A DNA stretch of 64,000 bases. Source: Macrostomum lignano. Taxonomy: Eukaryota. Where the stretch lies: assembly GCA_002269645.1 (NCBI GenBank), contig NIVC01001309.1:131106-195105 (forward strand), read 5' to 3'. The notes beneath the pieces are model-generated. The model did not search any database. It was not told the origin of the DNA and saw only the letters and a program-made list of their open reading frames with translations. Positions 11,683 through 22,834 of the stretch are shown in pieces. Numbering within the stretch: position 1 is the stretch's first letter; each line of letters starts with the position of its first letter. Position numbers and translations under genes: made by a program.

Positions 11683-12289
11683 GCTTGTTTCAGAATGAAC
11701 ACTTGCAATTGTATCAGGGTCTTCGTTTAAAGAGTGCTGTTGCGTTCTTTGGCGCGAGTACGAGCGTTATTTATACATTCAAGGTCGATGTCACAACTCA
11801 AAAAGAAAGAATCCAGTTTAGCCAGTTTGGAAAATTCTTTTCCACGGAATTTCCGCGGCTATTTTCTGTCTCGTTTGAACGCGCACAACTACTAGTACGT
11901 TTATTTGCGTATGATTGTCGTTTGATACTCGTACATGTATGCTATTTTTAGCTGCTGTACATTATTGCAGGGAATCCATCTTTAGACCTGCAAAGCGGCT
12001 GACTAATGTGTTGCGAGCTCTGAGTGATAGCTCGTACTAAATTGCACCTAATTTAGGGGTTCAATAAGTTTTTTTTACGTTTATTTCAGACACAACTAAT
12101 TGCGAAATCATGTAATTTGAAGAAAAATGAATGATTAAATGACAAAATAATTTATATTCCACTTGCATTACAGGAAATCACCTAGTTAGTTGCATATGGA
12201 TACTTGTACACCAAGAAGTGAATAATAAGTTGTGCCCGCAAAATATTCTACACGAAATAATCTCAAAGCAATCTCAATAAATAAATTGG

Positions 12290-13222
12290 CTTCAGAAGTC
12301 ACCGGCAATCATCCAGTAAATTCACAAATCAGTGCCAATCATCCAGTGACTTCACAAGTCAGTGCCAATCATCAAGTGACTTCACAAATCAGCGGATACT
12401 GGCAATCATCAAGTGACTTTTCAAGTCACCGGCAATCATCAAGTGACTTTTCAAGTCACCGGCAATCATCAAGTGACTTTTCAAGTCACCGGCAATCATC
12501 AAGTGACTTTTCAAGTCACCGGCAATCATCAAGTGACTTTTCAAGTCACCGGCAATCATCAAGTGACTTTTCAAGTCACCGGCAATCATCAAGTGACTTT
12601 TCAAGTCACCGGCAATCATCAAGTGACTTTTCAAGTCACCGGCAATCATCAAGTGACTTTTCAAGTCACCGGCAATCATCAAGTGACTTTTCAAGTCACC
12701 GGCAATCATCAAGTGACTTTTCAAGTCACCGGCAATCATCAAGTGACTTTTCAAGTCACCGGCAATCATCAAGTGACTTTTCAAGTCACCGGCAATCATC
12801 AAGTGACTTTTCAAGTCACCGGCAATCATCAAGTGACTTTCAAGTCACCGGCAATCATCAAGTGACTTTCAAGTCACCGGCAATCATCAAGTGACTTTTC
12901 AAGTCACCGGCAATCATCAAGTGACTTTCAAGTCACCGGCAATCATCAAGTGACTTTTCAAGTCACCGGCAATCATCAAGTGACTTTTCAAGTCACCGGC
13001 AATCATCAAGTGACTTTCAAGTCACCGGCAATCATCAAGTGACTTTCAAGTCACCGGCAATCATCAAGTGACTTTCAAGTCACCGGCAATCATCAAGTGA
13101 CTTTTCAAGTCACCGGCAATCATCAAGTGACTTTCAAGTCACCGGCAATCATCAAGTGACTTTTCAAGTCACCGGCAATCATCAAGTGACTTTCAAGTCA
13201 CCGGCAATCATCAAGTGACTTT
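12290..13222. repeat. Homogeneous 29/30-bp tandem array TCAAGTCACCGGCAATCATCAAGTGACTTT
   Basis: About 30 near-identical units differing mostly by one T; no unique spacers. Confidence 0.97.
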
Positions 13223-13279
13223 TCAGATCACTGGAATCTACTATAAAAAGCTTGATGAACTTTGGCGTCTCACAGGCGT

Positions 13280-13560
13280 TGGTTTAAAGAATTGCCTCAA
13301 GATCGCAAAGGCCGTCACCTGGGCGATGCTGCTCTATGAGTGCGAGAGCTGGACTCTGGGGAAGAAAAGTGTGGAGACACTCAAAGCGTTTGAAATGAAA
13401 TGTTACAGAATAATGCTAAGGGTTTCATGGAAAGAGAAAAAGACAATGCCTGGGTTTGGAGGAAAGTGAAGGAGGTTTTGGGAAAGGAACCAGAATCTGT
13501 GGTGGAGATCATTAAGCGGAGAAACCTCAAATATTAACGGACATCGGAGGAGATTTGAGG
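13280..13560 (+). mobile_element. LINE (RTE/L2-like) RT C-terminal fragment
   Basis: AMLLYECESWTL...LKAFEMKCYRIMLRVSWKEK resembles the C-terminal LLYGCESWTL...FEM.C.R..L.ISW block of non-LTR RTs. Confidence 0.75.
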
Positions 13561-13909
13561 AATATTCGAGGAAGGAAGCCATGGCAAATGTCTGCACTTC
13601 TCAATGAGAAATGGAAGGTGAAAGAAGAAGAATAAGGCATCGACCGCCCGAAAAGCATGTCCTGTATGGCGTCTGATAATGACTGTCTGCTGACAGATGC
13701 TGATTGAGGGGCTATTGAACGCTCAATAACTCACATGGCAATTACAAGATAAAAAATTGTTGCCAAGCGTCTAAAATATCGCTTCCAATCAGCCGAAGAA
13801 GTCCACAGTCGGCGGCCAACGGTTAAGCGCGGAGGTCATTAGCAAGCAAGACCTGGATCAGGAGTCCATCGCAGGTGACGGTAAATCCAGCCAATTTTTT
13901 ATTAGCTAG

Positions 13910-14253
13910 AGGCAGGGGGGTTGTGTGCACCCTGGCACACTTTAAGCGACATTGTCACACAACCGGCGAGAGGCATTACTGCCCATTCCGCCGACTCCCC
14001 TGAGCAGGCATACAAGCGCGCGGATACGTACGCAGGCACACACACAAGAGTGTACAGCGGCCCTAACTTTATATTATCGTTAGGCATGTACACTTCACTG
14101 TGCCTTGGGGGGTTGGCTCTCAAGGCCGTTAATTGCACGAGCAGAGCCAAGCCGAGATTCCAATTCAGCCCCAAATTAATGTGACTGCACTTGGAATCGA
14201 GCCTGGGTCGCTGGCACACCAGAGCAGCTGCGCTACCGCTGGGCTACGGCCCC
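13910..14253 (-). mobile_element. tRNA-derived SINE, near full length
   Basis: Minus-strand head has A-box TAGCCCAGCGG and B-box GGCTCGATTCC; the body recurs at 22835-23105. Confidence 0.8.
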
Positions 14254-14775
14254 CTAAAGCCAGCCTAGCTATAGCCAGCCTCTCGCCTATATATCGAAGA
14301 CCAAAGTGGCTGAATGAGGACACCAAAAAGAAAAAAAACGGCCAACTCCAAAAGTCCGACACCCGCGTGCAAAAAGAGGCTACAGAGACTTCGTCGCTAT
14401 AGCAGGCACGAGGCAAAGATTCTTCAATCAAGCCTGCTGCCCTACCAGCAAAAGCCGGGTTGCGTGTGACGTACGTCAGCTGGAGAAAACTGGAAGATTT
14501 CGTTAAGCACTGGTTCCGAAGCTCGTCTTCCCACAGCGAATCTGTCGCGAAAAATCGGATATACGAGCTATTTTCAAAATCTTCGTTTCATCAAATCAAT
14601 GTCTTCAATCGAACAAGATTTTTAGCTATATTATAGTAGGAAAAATATAGTAGGAATAAAAGCGACCTGCACTACTGGTAAAGATCAGGCGAGTAGAAAG
14701 CTGCGTACATACCGGGGGAAATTCTGGTGCCAGCTGCTGTTTGTGGACTTGACTTCTTTTTACACACACACAGAG

Positions 14776-15771
14776 TTAGTAAGAACTGTTCCAGTGTTGT
14801 ACAGGTGACAGTAGACGCCGCCTGAAGAAAATGTTGGGGTAGTGCTGGTACACTCCGTTCAGATTTATAAACGTGCAATACCCAAACCACCATCCAGCTG
14901 AGTACTGATGAGAGCAGCTGCCAGAACCGAAGCCGTCATTGTCGGAGTCCAGAGTGCTGAATTGCTTGTTGTTCGGAGACAATTGCAGCTCAGTCCGCTG
15001 TCCGACACGCTCGACCTGCTCGCGTCCAGAGGTCCCATCGAGCACCTGTACTTGTCGCTCGCTGGACCAACAGAGAACGGAGCATTCTCAGCCCAGTACC
15101 AGGTGCCGTTCCAGTCGCTGAACTCCCAGCGGACTCTCCACACTCCAGTGGCGGTGAGCTGGTGGAGCTGCTCCAGTCCCATCCAGTAGTTGAGACTCTC
15201 GCCCTGACCGAATCCGCTCGCGTAGTCCGCCCAGTTTCGGTTGAAGCTGACGGAGCCGTCGACTCTGTGCTGGAAGGTCGTCCAGCACTTCACCGGCTTT
15301 CTCATCTGCAATTTGGTGCTGCATTTTGTTTACGCATATTGATGCGGTGCTGCATTTCGTGCACGCATATTGATGCGGTGCTGCATTTCGTGCACGCATA
15401 TTGATGCGGTGCTGCATTTCATGCACGCATATTGATGCGGTGCTGCATTTCGTGCACGCATATTGATGCGGTGCTGCATTTTCATGCACGCATATTGATG
15501 CGGTGCTGCAAAGTGCAGTGCAGAAGCCACAAAGCAAAGCCCAGCTCACTCACCCACAGTTGAGACAGGCTGCGGCGTCTATCGCTCCCCGATCGCAGGC
15601 CAGCAGCGAGCAGGAGCCCGAGGCCGCGTTCTTAGCAATCATCGTACAGTGAATATCGCTGATGGCCAGCTTCATCGCCAGCACTCGGTACTCGGCGAGG
15701 TCACCTCACTGGAGCTCCCAGCCGGAGTCTGCGGCCACAGCAGTCACCATGACAGCAGAGAATGAATGCAT
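14776..15771 (-). pseudogene. Fibrinogen C-terminal domain (FReD) gene, disrupted
   Basis: FReD motifs WTTFQHRVDGSVSFNRNWADYASGFG, YWMGLEQLH, FSTLDSDND and AGWWFGYC...NLNG. In-frame TGA at 15708-15706, 1-nt frameshift near 14984, and an intron phase conflict. Confidence 0.8.
15332..15510. repeat. 31-bp minisatellite in the FReD intron
   Basis: About 5.5 copies of GCACGCATATTGATGCGGTGCTGCATTTCRT. Confidence 0.92.
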
Positions 15772-16149
15772 GGCGTTACTGGACAAGAAACTTCTTCAGA
15801 TTGATATGAACTTGGAACTGCTTGTTCTTTCGGTTTTCTGCAGCAAAGATAGATATGCGTTTTGAGCCTCACGGATAGCACCGTTTTATATCAAAACTGC
15901 CCAGTGCCGTGTCGCCTACCAGCATTTTTGAGCGTGCATTCCGTAATTGACCAAGACAGGCAGTTTACCAATCTATTATCTTGAGTAGCTTGCCCCGTTA
16001 GGAATCCGGATTTTCAAGATCTGTCAACAGGAATATGAGATACTTCCAGGATCAGAGAGCAGTTGGCGATTTATTTACTATATTTTTATTACATCATGCG
16101 CAACTGAAGCAGAAAGAATCTGCATTCGATTTTTTAAGAAATGAGCTGC

Positions 16150-16275
16150 ATGTGGAGGCCGTTAAGTTAAGTGTCTTGCGCTCAAGGACACAAATTTTTT
16201 CAGTAGGATCGGAAATCGAACCCCGACCTTCAAGTCATGAGTTCGACGCTCTAACCACTAGGCTACAACCCCCCT
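16150..16275 (-). mobile_element. tRNA-derived SINE 5' part (second family)
   Basis: Head TGTAGCCTAGTGGTTAGAGCG...GGTTCGATTTCC followed by TGTGTCCTTGAGCGCAAGACACTTAAC; related copy at 41230-41412. Confidence 0.75.
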
Positions 16276-16980
16276 AGCAGTTCTCTGCAGTTGCTAAGGA
16301 ACTGCGTGCATGAAAAGAATTGATTTTGAATGATCAATTTGAGAAATTGACGAGCGAACGAACAGAGACACAAACTCCCCTTGAGCAGCCTTGAGAAATG
16401 TCTTGAACGAGTCTAACAGTCTAGATGGAGCTGAGATCAGTCTCCTTTTTGGTGTTTCAATTTTTTTTACGAACAAACACAGGGACCTAATTGTCTTAGC
16501 ATACAATATTTTTGCTAGAATAAATATATAACAAAGGAGACTTTCTAACTCCAGATTTTATACCGAGAGCACCTTGAATCGCATACAACAGTTTGGGGCA
16601 GTAGCTAATGCCCTTTTATGCCAATTAACCAAAGTGGATTTTGATTCCAAAGTGGAGGAAGCGGTTTATAAATTGACTGCAGGTGATACAGGTACGTGTG
16701 ACCTTAGCCCAGCAGGATATTGTGTATAAACAGCCTTACCGGATCAAAGCAGCTGTTGTTGCAGTTTATTAATTAAATAGGCCAAAGTTCCTGATGACCG
16801 AGATGTGTTTTTGTTCAATAAATACTGCTGAATAATAAATAAATGAATAGGCAAACTTCTACATGCCAGACAAGCGCAAAATATGAAACATTTTTGGAAT
16901 ATGCAAAAAGCACAGTAATGAATCATGCAAAATTGCTGTTTTCTTTACATGAAACTCGATTGCTTATCTGCCTTAACGAC

Positions 16981-17100
16981 TGCCCCACCGATTGCCCCAC
17001 CGGTTGCCCCACTAGTTGCTCCACCGGTTGTCCTACTAGTTGCTTCACCAGTTTTCCCACTAGTTGCTTTATCGGTTGTCCCACTAGTTGCCCCAACGGT
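16981..17100. repeat. Degenerate 12-bp tandem repeat (TTGCCCCACCGG/TTGCCCCACTAG)
   Basis: About 10 units. Confidence 0.8.
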
Positions 17101-17185
17101 TGAAATATTTCAAGCTAAAATTAAGCCGTTAAATATTTAGCCAGTCAGTCAGTCACAGGCTTCAGTGTGTGCTGCTCTATGGCAA

Positions 17186-17660
17186 TTTGCCATGGAAACA
17201 GTCCCAGCAAAACCGGTTGCTATGGAAACAGCGCCAAAAACAAACTCGGTTGCCATGTAAACAGCGCCAACAACAAACTCGGTTGCCATGGAAACAGACT
17301 CATCAGCACCGGTTGCCATTGAAACAGCCGACTCGCGGCACCCCATCCCCAGCGATCGGCTCCGCCTCCCCGTGACGGAGCTGCGGAACGGCGCCCTGCA
17401 GTCGGCGCTGATGCTATCAGTGTTGAGTGGCCGTGCCGACCTCGCCGAGCGGCTGCTGTCGCTGGATCCGTCGCAGGTGCAGCGGTACTACGACAGCGGA
17501 GGGCGCAACCTGAGCCATCAGTGGCTGCGGCGGTGGTCGCCCGGCTACTGCGGCTGCTACAAGACAGCCGGACATTGGTGGCGGGGCTGCGGGCCTCCCT
17601 GACGATGCCGGACGGCGGCTGGCGAACGCCGGTGCAGGCGACGGTTCGACGGGACTCTCG
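17186..17660 (+). pseudogene. Inverted partial duplicate of the ankyrin gene
   Basis: Aligns to about 10700-11230 on the opposite strand; a 22-nt deletion after GGRNL shifts the frame; retains 5 X-box-like units (17186, 17216, 17249, 17282, 17312). Confidence 0.85.
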
Positions 17661-18074
17661 GGAAAGAGAGAAGTTAGTAAAGGCTTTAGAAATTTAGAAA
17701 GCACCTAAAAATCAATTGAAACGTTGCGAATATTGATAGTTAATATCAATATTATTTTCTAACATTGGCGCAATTTTATAAACTTTTTTATGCTACTATG
17801 AGTAACTCAAGTCGTCGCGCTAAGATGCTACGCTAAGAGCGCGATTGAATTCTAGTGTAGCATGAGCATGGTGTAGAATTCGTCTCGTTGCAAACTGTCT
17901 TTGTGAAAGAAAAGTTTTCTAAAACTTGATTTAGTAAATTGATACACCTATATACTTTTTCAATTTTACGAGAAAATCTTTCACTCTTAGTTAATGAGAT
18001 AGAGCGATTACCAGCCGTTGTATGTGTGCAAGCTACGAGCGTATAACGTAACAGTAACAGCTAATACTTAGTAC

Positions 18075-18208
18075 CACGGCAATTTCATGGCAGTTCCACG
18101 GAAATTCCATGGCAGTTCCATGGAAATTCGATGGCAGTTCCACGGAAATTCCATGGCAGTTCCATGGAAATTCCATGGCAGTTCCACGGAAATTTCATGG
18201 CAATTCCA
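18075..18208. repeat. 11/22-bp tandem repeat containing GGAAATTCC
   Basis: Alternating CATGGCAGTTC and CACGGAAATTC units, about 12 half-units. Confidence 0.85.
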
Positions 18209-18853
18209 TAGTCAGGCTTTAAAAGTTCATCCAAAACAAATCCAAGCAATTTCGAATGCGCAGGTGCCGATCTAGCTATGTTTATGCACAAAACCTACAA
18301 GGTACAACTGTTCAAATAAAATGTATCGTTAAAATGATCTTCTTAGTTTTAGATCGAAACAAAAATATTTTGCTGGAAATTTCCATGCGAATTTTTTTAA
18401 TTTACTTTGGCAATCCCTCAAGTAAATTTCACGGCCTCTTAGCTCTCTTAGCAGAATGTCAAACCCCGTTCTGTTCGAGAAGGTGGAGCGTACAAGCGCA
18501 GTGTACTGTACACTAACCTGTCCAGTCCATTGTGCGCATAAAGTGTGCAATCCAATTGTCTGTTCTCCAAGGAATGAAAAACATACGAGTCCCGAGGCCA
18601 TGCAGTCATTATTATTTAAAGCTGCCGCCTATTTTTTATATCATCAATTTTATACTAAGCACCAAATTATAAACATCTGCCAAGATACTACCTTGTACGA
18701 TTGTTTACTACCTTGTAGACAGTCAATGTTCCTACAGACAAAGCAAAACAGTCACATAGAAGACCTTGATATTTCATGTCGTTTTCATAGCATAAATGTC
18801 TCACTCTGGCATTCCCAAGTCAATTCCACGGCCTTTTCGCTCTCCAGCCGCCA

Positions 18854-20746
18854 ATGTCGACCCCCGGACTGTCCGAGAAGGCTTCGCTGGCCCAGCCGGC
18901 GGACGAGAAGGCCGTGCCGCCTCAGCTGCGCTGCAACAGCTGCTCCAAGCCGGTGTTCAACGCCTTCCAGACTCCTCACGGCTGCCGCATCTGCCAGTCC
19001 TGCGTGCAGGCCAAGCTGCACCCCACCGAGAGGCGCCTCTGCCCCGGAACCACCGAGGCCTGCAAGGATGAGGATGAGGAGATCCGCATCTGCCAGTCCA
19101 GCTGCGTGCCCGACATCGCCACGAGACGGGAGATCAGCAAGCTGACCGTGTTCTGCCCCAATAGAGACGGAGGCTGCAAGGACCAGATGAAGTGGAGGGA
19201 GGTGGACACTCACCTGGAAAAGTGCGAATACGAGAAGGTCAGCTGCGAGTTGTGCCGGGACTCGATACTGAAGAAGAGACTCAAGTCCCACCTCAGTGAC
19301 GAGTGTCGGCAACGACGGGTGACCTGCGGTTTGTGCCAGCAGTCGGTGGTGCACAGCGAGATGGAGAAGAGCCACAGGAACCTGGACTCGGCCACGTGCT
19401 GTCCGAGATACACAGACTACTGTCCGTTCTGCAAAGACAAGTCCAGGAAGCTGAACCGCAAGGACTTTGTTGAACACCTAAAAACTTGTCCAGACAAACC
19501 GAACGAGTGCAAGTACAGCCACCTGGGCTGCGAGAGAAAAGCCAGAAAGTCGGACCTTGAGAAGCACTACAGAGACGAAGTCGACCATCATTTGACGCTT
19601 TTGGACTCGAAGCTGAGGCAGGTGGCCTCCGGTCCGAGATTTGCACCGCCGACTGCTGCGACTGCCGCAGCCACCGTCGTTCCCGCCGGAGGCACCGGAG
19701 AGGTGGAGGAGGTGAAGCGGAAGGTGGCCGACATTCATGACCACTTCAAGAAGCTGCAGGTGAATGTAGCGAACTGGGCTCACACCACGCTTGAGTTTGA
19801 GCAGATGGCTGACAAATTCGGGGGCATCTCGCAAATGCGACAGTTCTTGAAGAACTTAGATGAGAAAATCAGACAGATGGAGACACCTGGAGTGGAAGAG
19901 CAACGATGGGTGACCTGTGATTTGTGCAAGAAAGAATTACTGCACAGCGATATGGAGTCAATCCACAGGAACCTGGACTCGGCCACGTGCTGTCCGAGAT
20001 ACACAGACTACTGTCCGTTCTGCAAAGACAAGTCCAGGAAGCTGAACCGCAAGGACTTTGTTGAGCATGCAAAAATATGTTCAAAATATACTGTTACAAT
20101 CTCCGGTTTACTTCAGTACCTACAAGACATAGGCACTCGGCTGCGACTGACTTCTAACTTGAGCAATGCTGAAGGCACTGTCGATGCGAGCTCTTCAATG
20201 GTGCAGCAGAAGCTGAATGAGATCGAGTTCCGACTGCTGAATCTCGAAGGCACGAGCTATGACGGGTTTCTGGTGTGGAAGGTGAGCAACTTCACCAAGA
20301 GGCGGCGGGAGGCCATGGACAAGCGGGTGACCAGCATTTTCTCCCAGCCCTTCCTTTCGCGTCACCAGGATTTCAAGTTCAGAGTTCGCCTCTTCCTCAA
20401 CGGCAACAAGTCCGGTAAAGGAACTCACGTGTCGGTGTACCTGGTGCTCATGCAGCACGAGTTCGATGACATCCAGGAGTGGCCGCTGAAGGCGACCGTC
20501 TCCTTCAAGATGGTCAACCTGAGGAATCGCGCTGACGATGTAGCCAAGACGGTGAGATTCGACTCTGGCAATCAGAGACCGTCTGGCCGGGAGGACCTGT
20601 CGGTGTGCTGTGGTGAAGCCAAGTTCATGAGCATCAGCCAGTTCAAGAACTCGGACCGGTTCGTCAAGAATGACAGCTTCTACCTGGAGGTTGACGTAGC
20701 CGTGGATGGCGAGAGCGGCCAGGGGCGCAGGGGAAGGAGGAAGTAG
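18854..20746 (+). CDS. TRAF: TNF receptor-associated factor (TRAF) family protein, 630 aa, intronless CDS
   Basis: RING-like N-terminus, TRAF zinc fingers (CPNRDGGC...HLEKC; CDLC...HRN...C), coiled coil and MATH domain (YDGFLVWKVSNF, FRVRLFLNG, THVSVYL, WPLKA, DRFVKNDSFYLEV). ATG context is GCCGCCAATG. Specific orthology is not assignable. Confidence 0.93.
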   Translation: MSTPGLSEKASLAQPADEKAVPPQLRCNSCSKPVFNAFQTPHGCRICQSCVQAKLHPTERRLCPGTTEACKDEDEEIRICQSSCVPDIATRREISKLTVFCPNRDGGCKDQMKWREVDTHLEKCEYEKVSCELCRDSILKKRLKSHLSDECRQRRVTCGLCQQSVVHSEMEKSHRNLDSATCCPRYTDYCPFCKDKSRKLNRKDFVEHLKTCPDKPNECKYSHLGCERKARKSDLEKHYRDEVDHHLTLLDSKLRQVASGPRFAPPTAATAAATVVPAGGTGEVEEVKRKVADIHDHFKKLQVNVANWAHTTLEFEQMADKFGGISQMRQFLKNLDEKIRQMETPGVEEQRWVTCDLCKKELLHSDMESIHRNLDSATCCPRYTDYCPFCKDKSRKLNRKDFVEHAKICSKYTVTISGLLQYLQDIGTRLRLTSNLSNAEGTVDASSSMVQQKLNEIEFRLLNLEGTSYDGFLVWKVSNFTKRRREAMDKRVTSIFSQPFLSRHQDFKFRVRLFLNGNKSGKGTHVSVYLVLMQHEFDDIQEWPLKATVSFKMVNLRNRADDVAKTVRFDSGNQRPSGREDLSVCCGEAKFMSISQFKNSDRFVKNDSFYLEVDVAVDGESGQGRRGRRK

Positions 20747-21012
20747 CCGCTTGTTGAGTCAGGCTTTATCCAACATTATGCCGGCCGATTGTTGACTACT
20801 AAGTATCAATTACTGCTTTCTTTAGTTCAATTTCAACTAGATTTGTCACTCTATTTAAGTTTTATGATCAAATCGGTCGTCGACGGTCTAGTAGCTACGC
20901 TTGCATTATATCATTAATTTTTTGCTTATTTTTTCTGTGTTAGAAGAAATACGCGTAAAATGAATGACTTCTAATTGATTTTTTCTTGCCAACAACTTGG
21001 ATAGCGTTTTTA

Positions 21013-22237
21013 CGACGGCTGAGCAATAAGTTTCCGGATGTGCGCAGACTGAAATAGTTAGAGAGAAAAAACAGTTACATCTTTTCAAAGTACTCTCCAG
21101 CAGATTCGATGCAAATTTTCATGCGCTCAAACCACTTGCTGAAGCAGCTGGACCAATCTGAAGCAGGCACCTTCTCCACATGCCGGATGAAGGCCTCCAC
21201 TGCAGCTCCTGGTGATCCATAGCGGATTCCACGCATCCTGCGCTTGATTTTGGAAACACAAAAAAGTCGCAGGGGGCCAGGTTGGGGCTGTAGGGTGGAT
21301 GACCGAGCTCTTGAATGCGCTCTCCGGCCAGAAACTCCGCCACCTGTCGAGCCTTGTGGGCCGGGGCGTTGTCGTGATGGAGAAGGATGCCCGAGCTCGA
21401 GTCCTTGGGCGACGCCTGGAGAGAGCGCTCAGCACTTGTGGCAGGCAAACGTTGGCGTACCAGTCACTTTGACTGTGCGCTGCTGCACGAGTGGAACCGT
21501 GGCCAGATGACCAGTTTTCGCCACAAAAACGGCTACCATCTGCTTCGCCACGCTGCGCTCTCGCCGAAGCTTGTTGGATGGTGGGGTGCCGCCAACTGGA
21601 GTCCACTGGGCCGACTGCTGCTTAGTCTCCGGGTCGAAACTATAGATCCAGGACTTTTCACCACTGACGATATCCCAGACCGAGTTTGAGCTGCCTCCGT
21701 TGAATCTGTCAAGCATGGTGCGGCACCCAGCGTGCAGAAATCTTGCTCAGGTTGAGCTGTGCAAATGCAGGATCGTCCTGATGGATCCTGATGAGATGCC
21801 CATCTGTGCCTCTATCTGGGCCACAGTCACTCGGCATCATCCTCAACCATGGCCCGGACAGCAGCAACATTATCCTCAGTCGTTGCGGAGACAGACCAGC
21901 GCTGCGCTCCTCATCATCCAGACTCTGCCTGCCGGGATCTAGATGGTGCTCATCCCAAAAAGCTCCTTGCAATCGCTCAAGACTTTCTTGCTGACGCAAA
22001 CCACTTTTAAAATCGTATAAAATCATTGCTCTAAAAATGACTCCTATTGAGCTCAATTGTGAATTTGATTGATAGAGTGGGTATGCTAGCTTGGTTTGGA
22101 TGCTGCACTGGCTAAAAATGACCAGTGTGTCTGAAATTTACAAACATTGTACTTATATAATGTACTTGACACCTATGGTGTCAGATTTTGTCAGCCGCTT
22201 CAACTATGCACATCCAAAACTTATTGCTCAGCCCTCG
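21013..22237 (-). mobile_element. Mariner (Tc1/mariner) transposon, 1225 bp, decayed transposase
   Basis: TIRs CGA(C/G)GGCTGAGCAATAAGTTT, TA TSD (21011-21012 and 22238-22239), motifs WVPHH, HHDNAPAH and HPPYSPNLAPCDFF split by frameshifts. Confidence 0.93.
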
Positions 22238-22834
22238 TAATCCAAAAAATTATATATACTTCGGTATTAATTCACATGTTAATTGTGTGACTTCAATTAT
22301 TTTTTATTCGCTATTACAATTGACAGCAAAATTATAGGATGATGATGATGTAATGTCCATTTGGGTTTCCAGTATAAAAACTGGCAGTCTAAAACTTGAA
22401 TTATGTTATACGAGCTAGATTGATGTCGGATATTGTTTAAACGTAGTATTTGTTGTAGCGAACTCACCGAAGCTTTAACTAGTTAGTTAATTCCGGTAAA
22501 TACAGGTCAAACCTTAGAGATTTAGTATATTGTGATGATTTTTCCTGTTTCACTATCTTAAACTATTCAGTAAAAATGAGTAGTCATGTACAATTTTATT
22601 TCTGCTTTTCATTTCACTAGCGCACTCTCTCAAATATGCACTATAAAGCAATGAAACTGATTTAGCTACTTATTCTATGGTGCTCTTGTTGTTTTTTGTT
22701 CATTGTCTTGTTTATTTTACTTTGCTGTAGATGTCTTGGTTATTTACCTATATCCTACTGACATTGCTGAGTCCTGACTGAGTTATATATGAGCCCATTA
22801 TTGATTATCGATTTATTTGATTGAAAAACAAACG

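Noticed and set aside
12290-13222. CRISPR-like array of 30-bp palindromic repeats
   Set aside because: No unique spacers, no cas genes, and eukaryotic context; it is a plain tandem repeat.
14165-14253. tRNA genes at SINE heads (also 16200-16275 and 41340-41412)
   Set aside because: A and B boxes are present but the cloverleaf is incomplete, and each continues into a dispersed repeat body.
15706-15708. Selenocysteine or readthrough at in-frame TGA codons (FReD; transposase 37391)
   Set aside because: No SECIS recognised, FReD has other lesions, and neither family is a known selenoprotein.
18785-19477. 230-aa antisense ORF and 18456-19145 overlapping ORF at TRAF
   Set aside because: Shadow frames of a GC-rich CDS with no recognisable domains.
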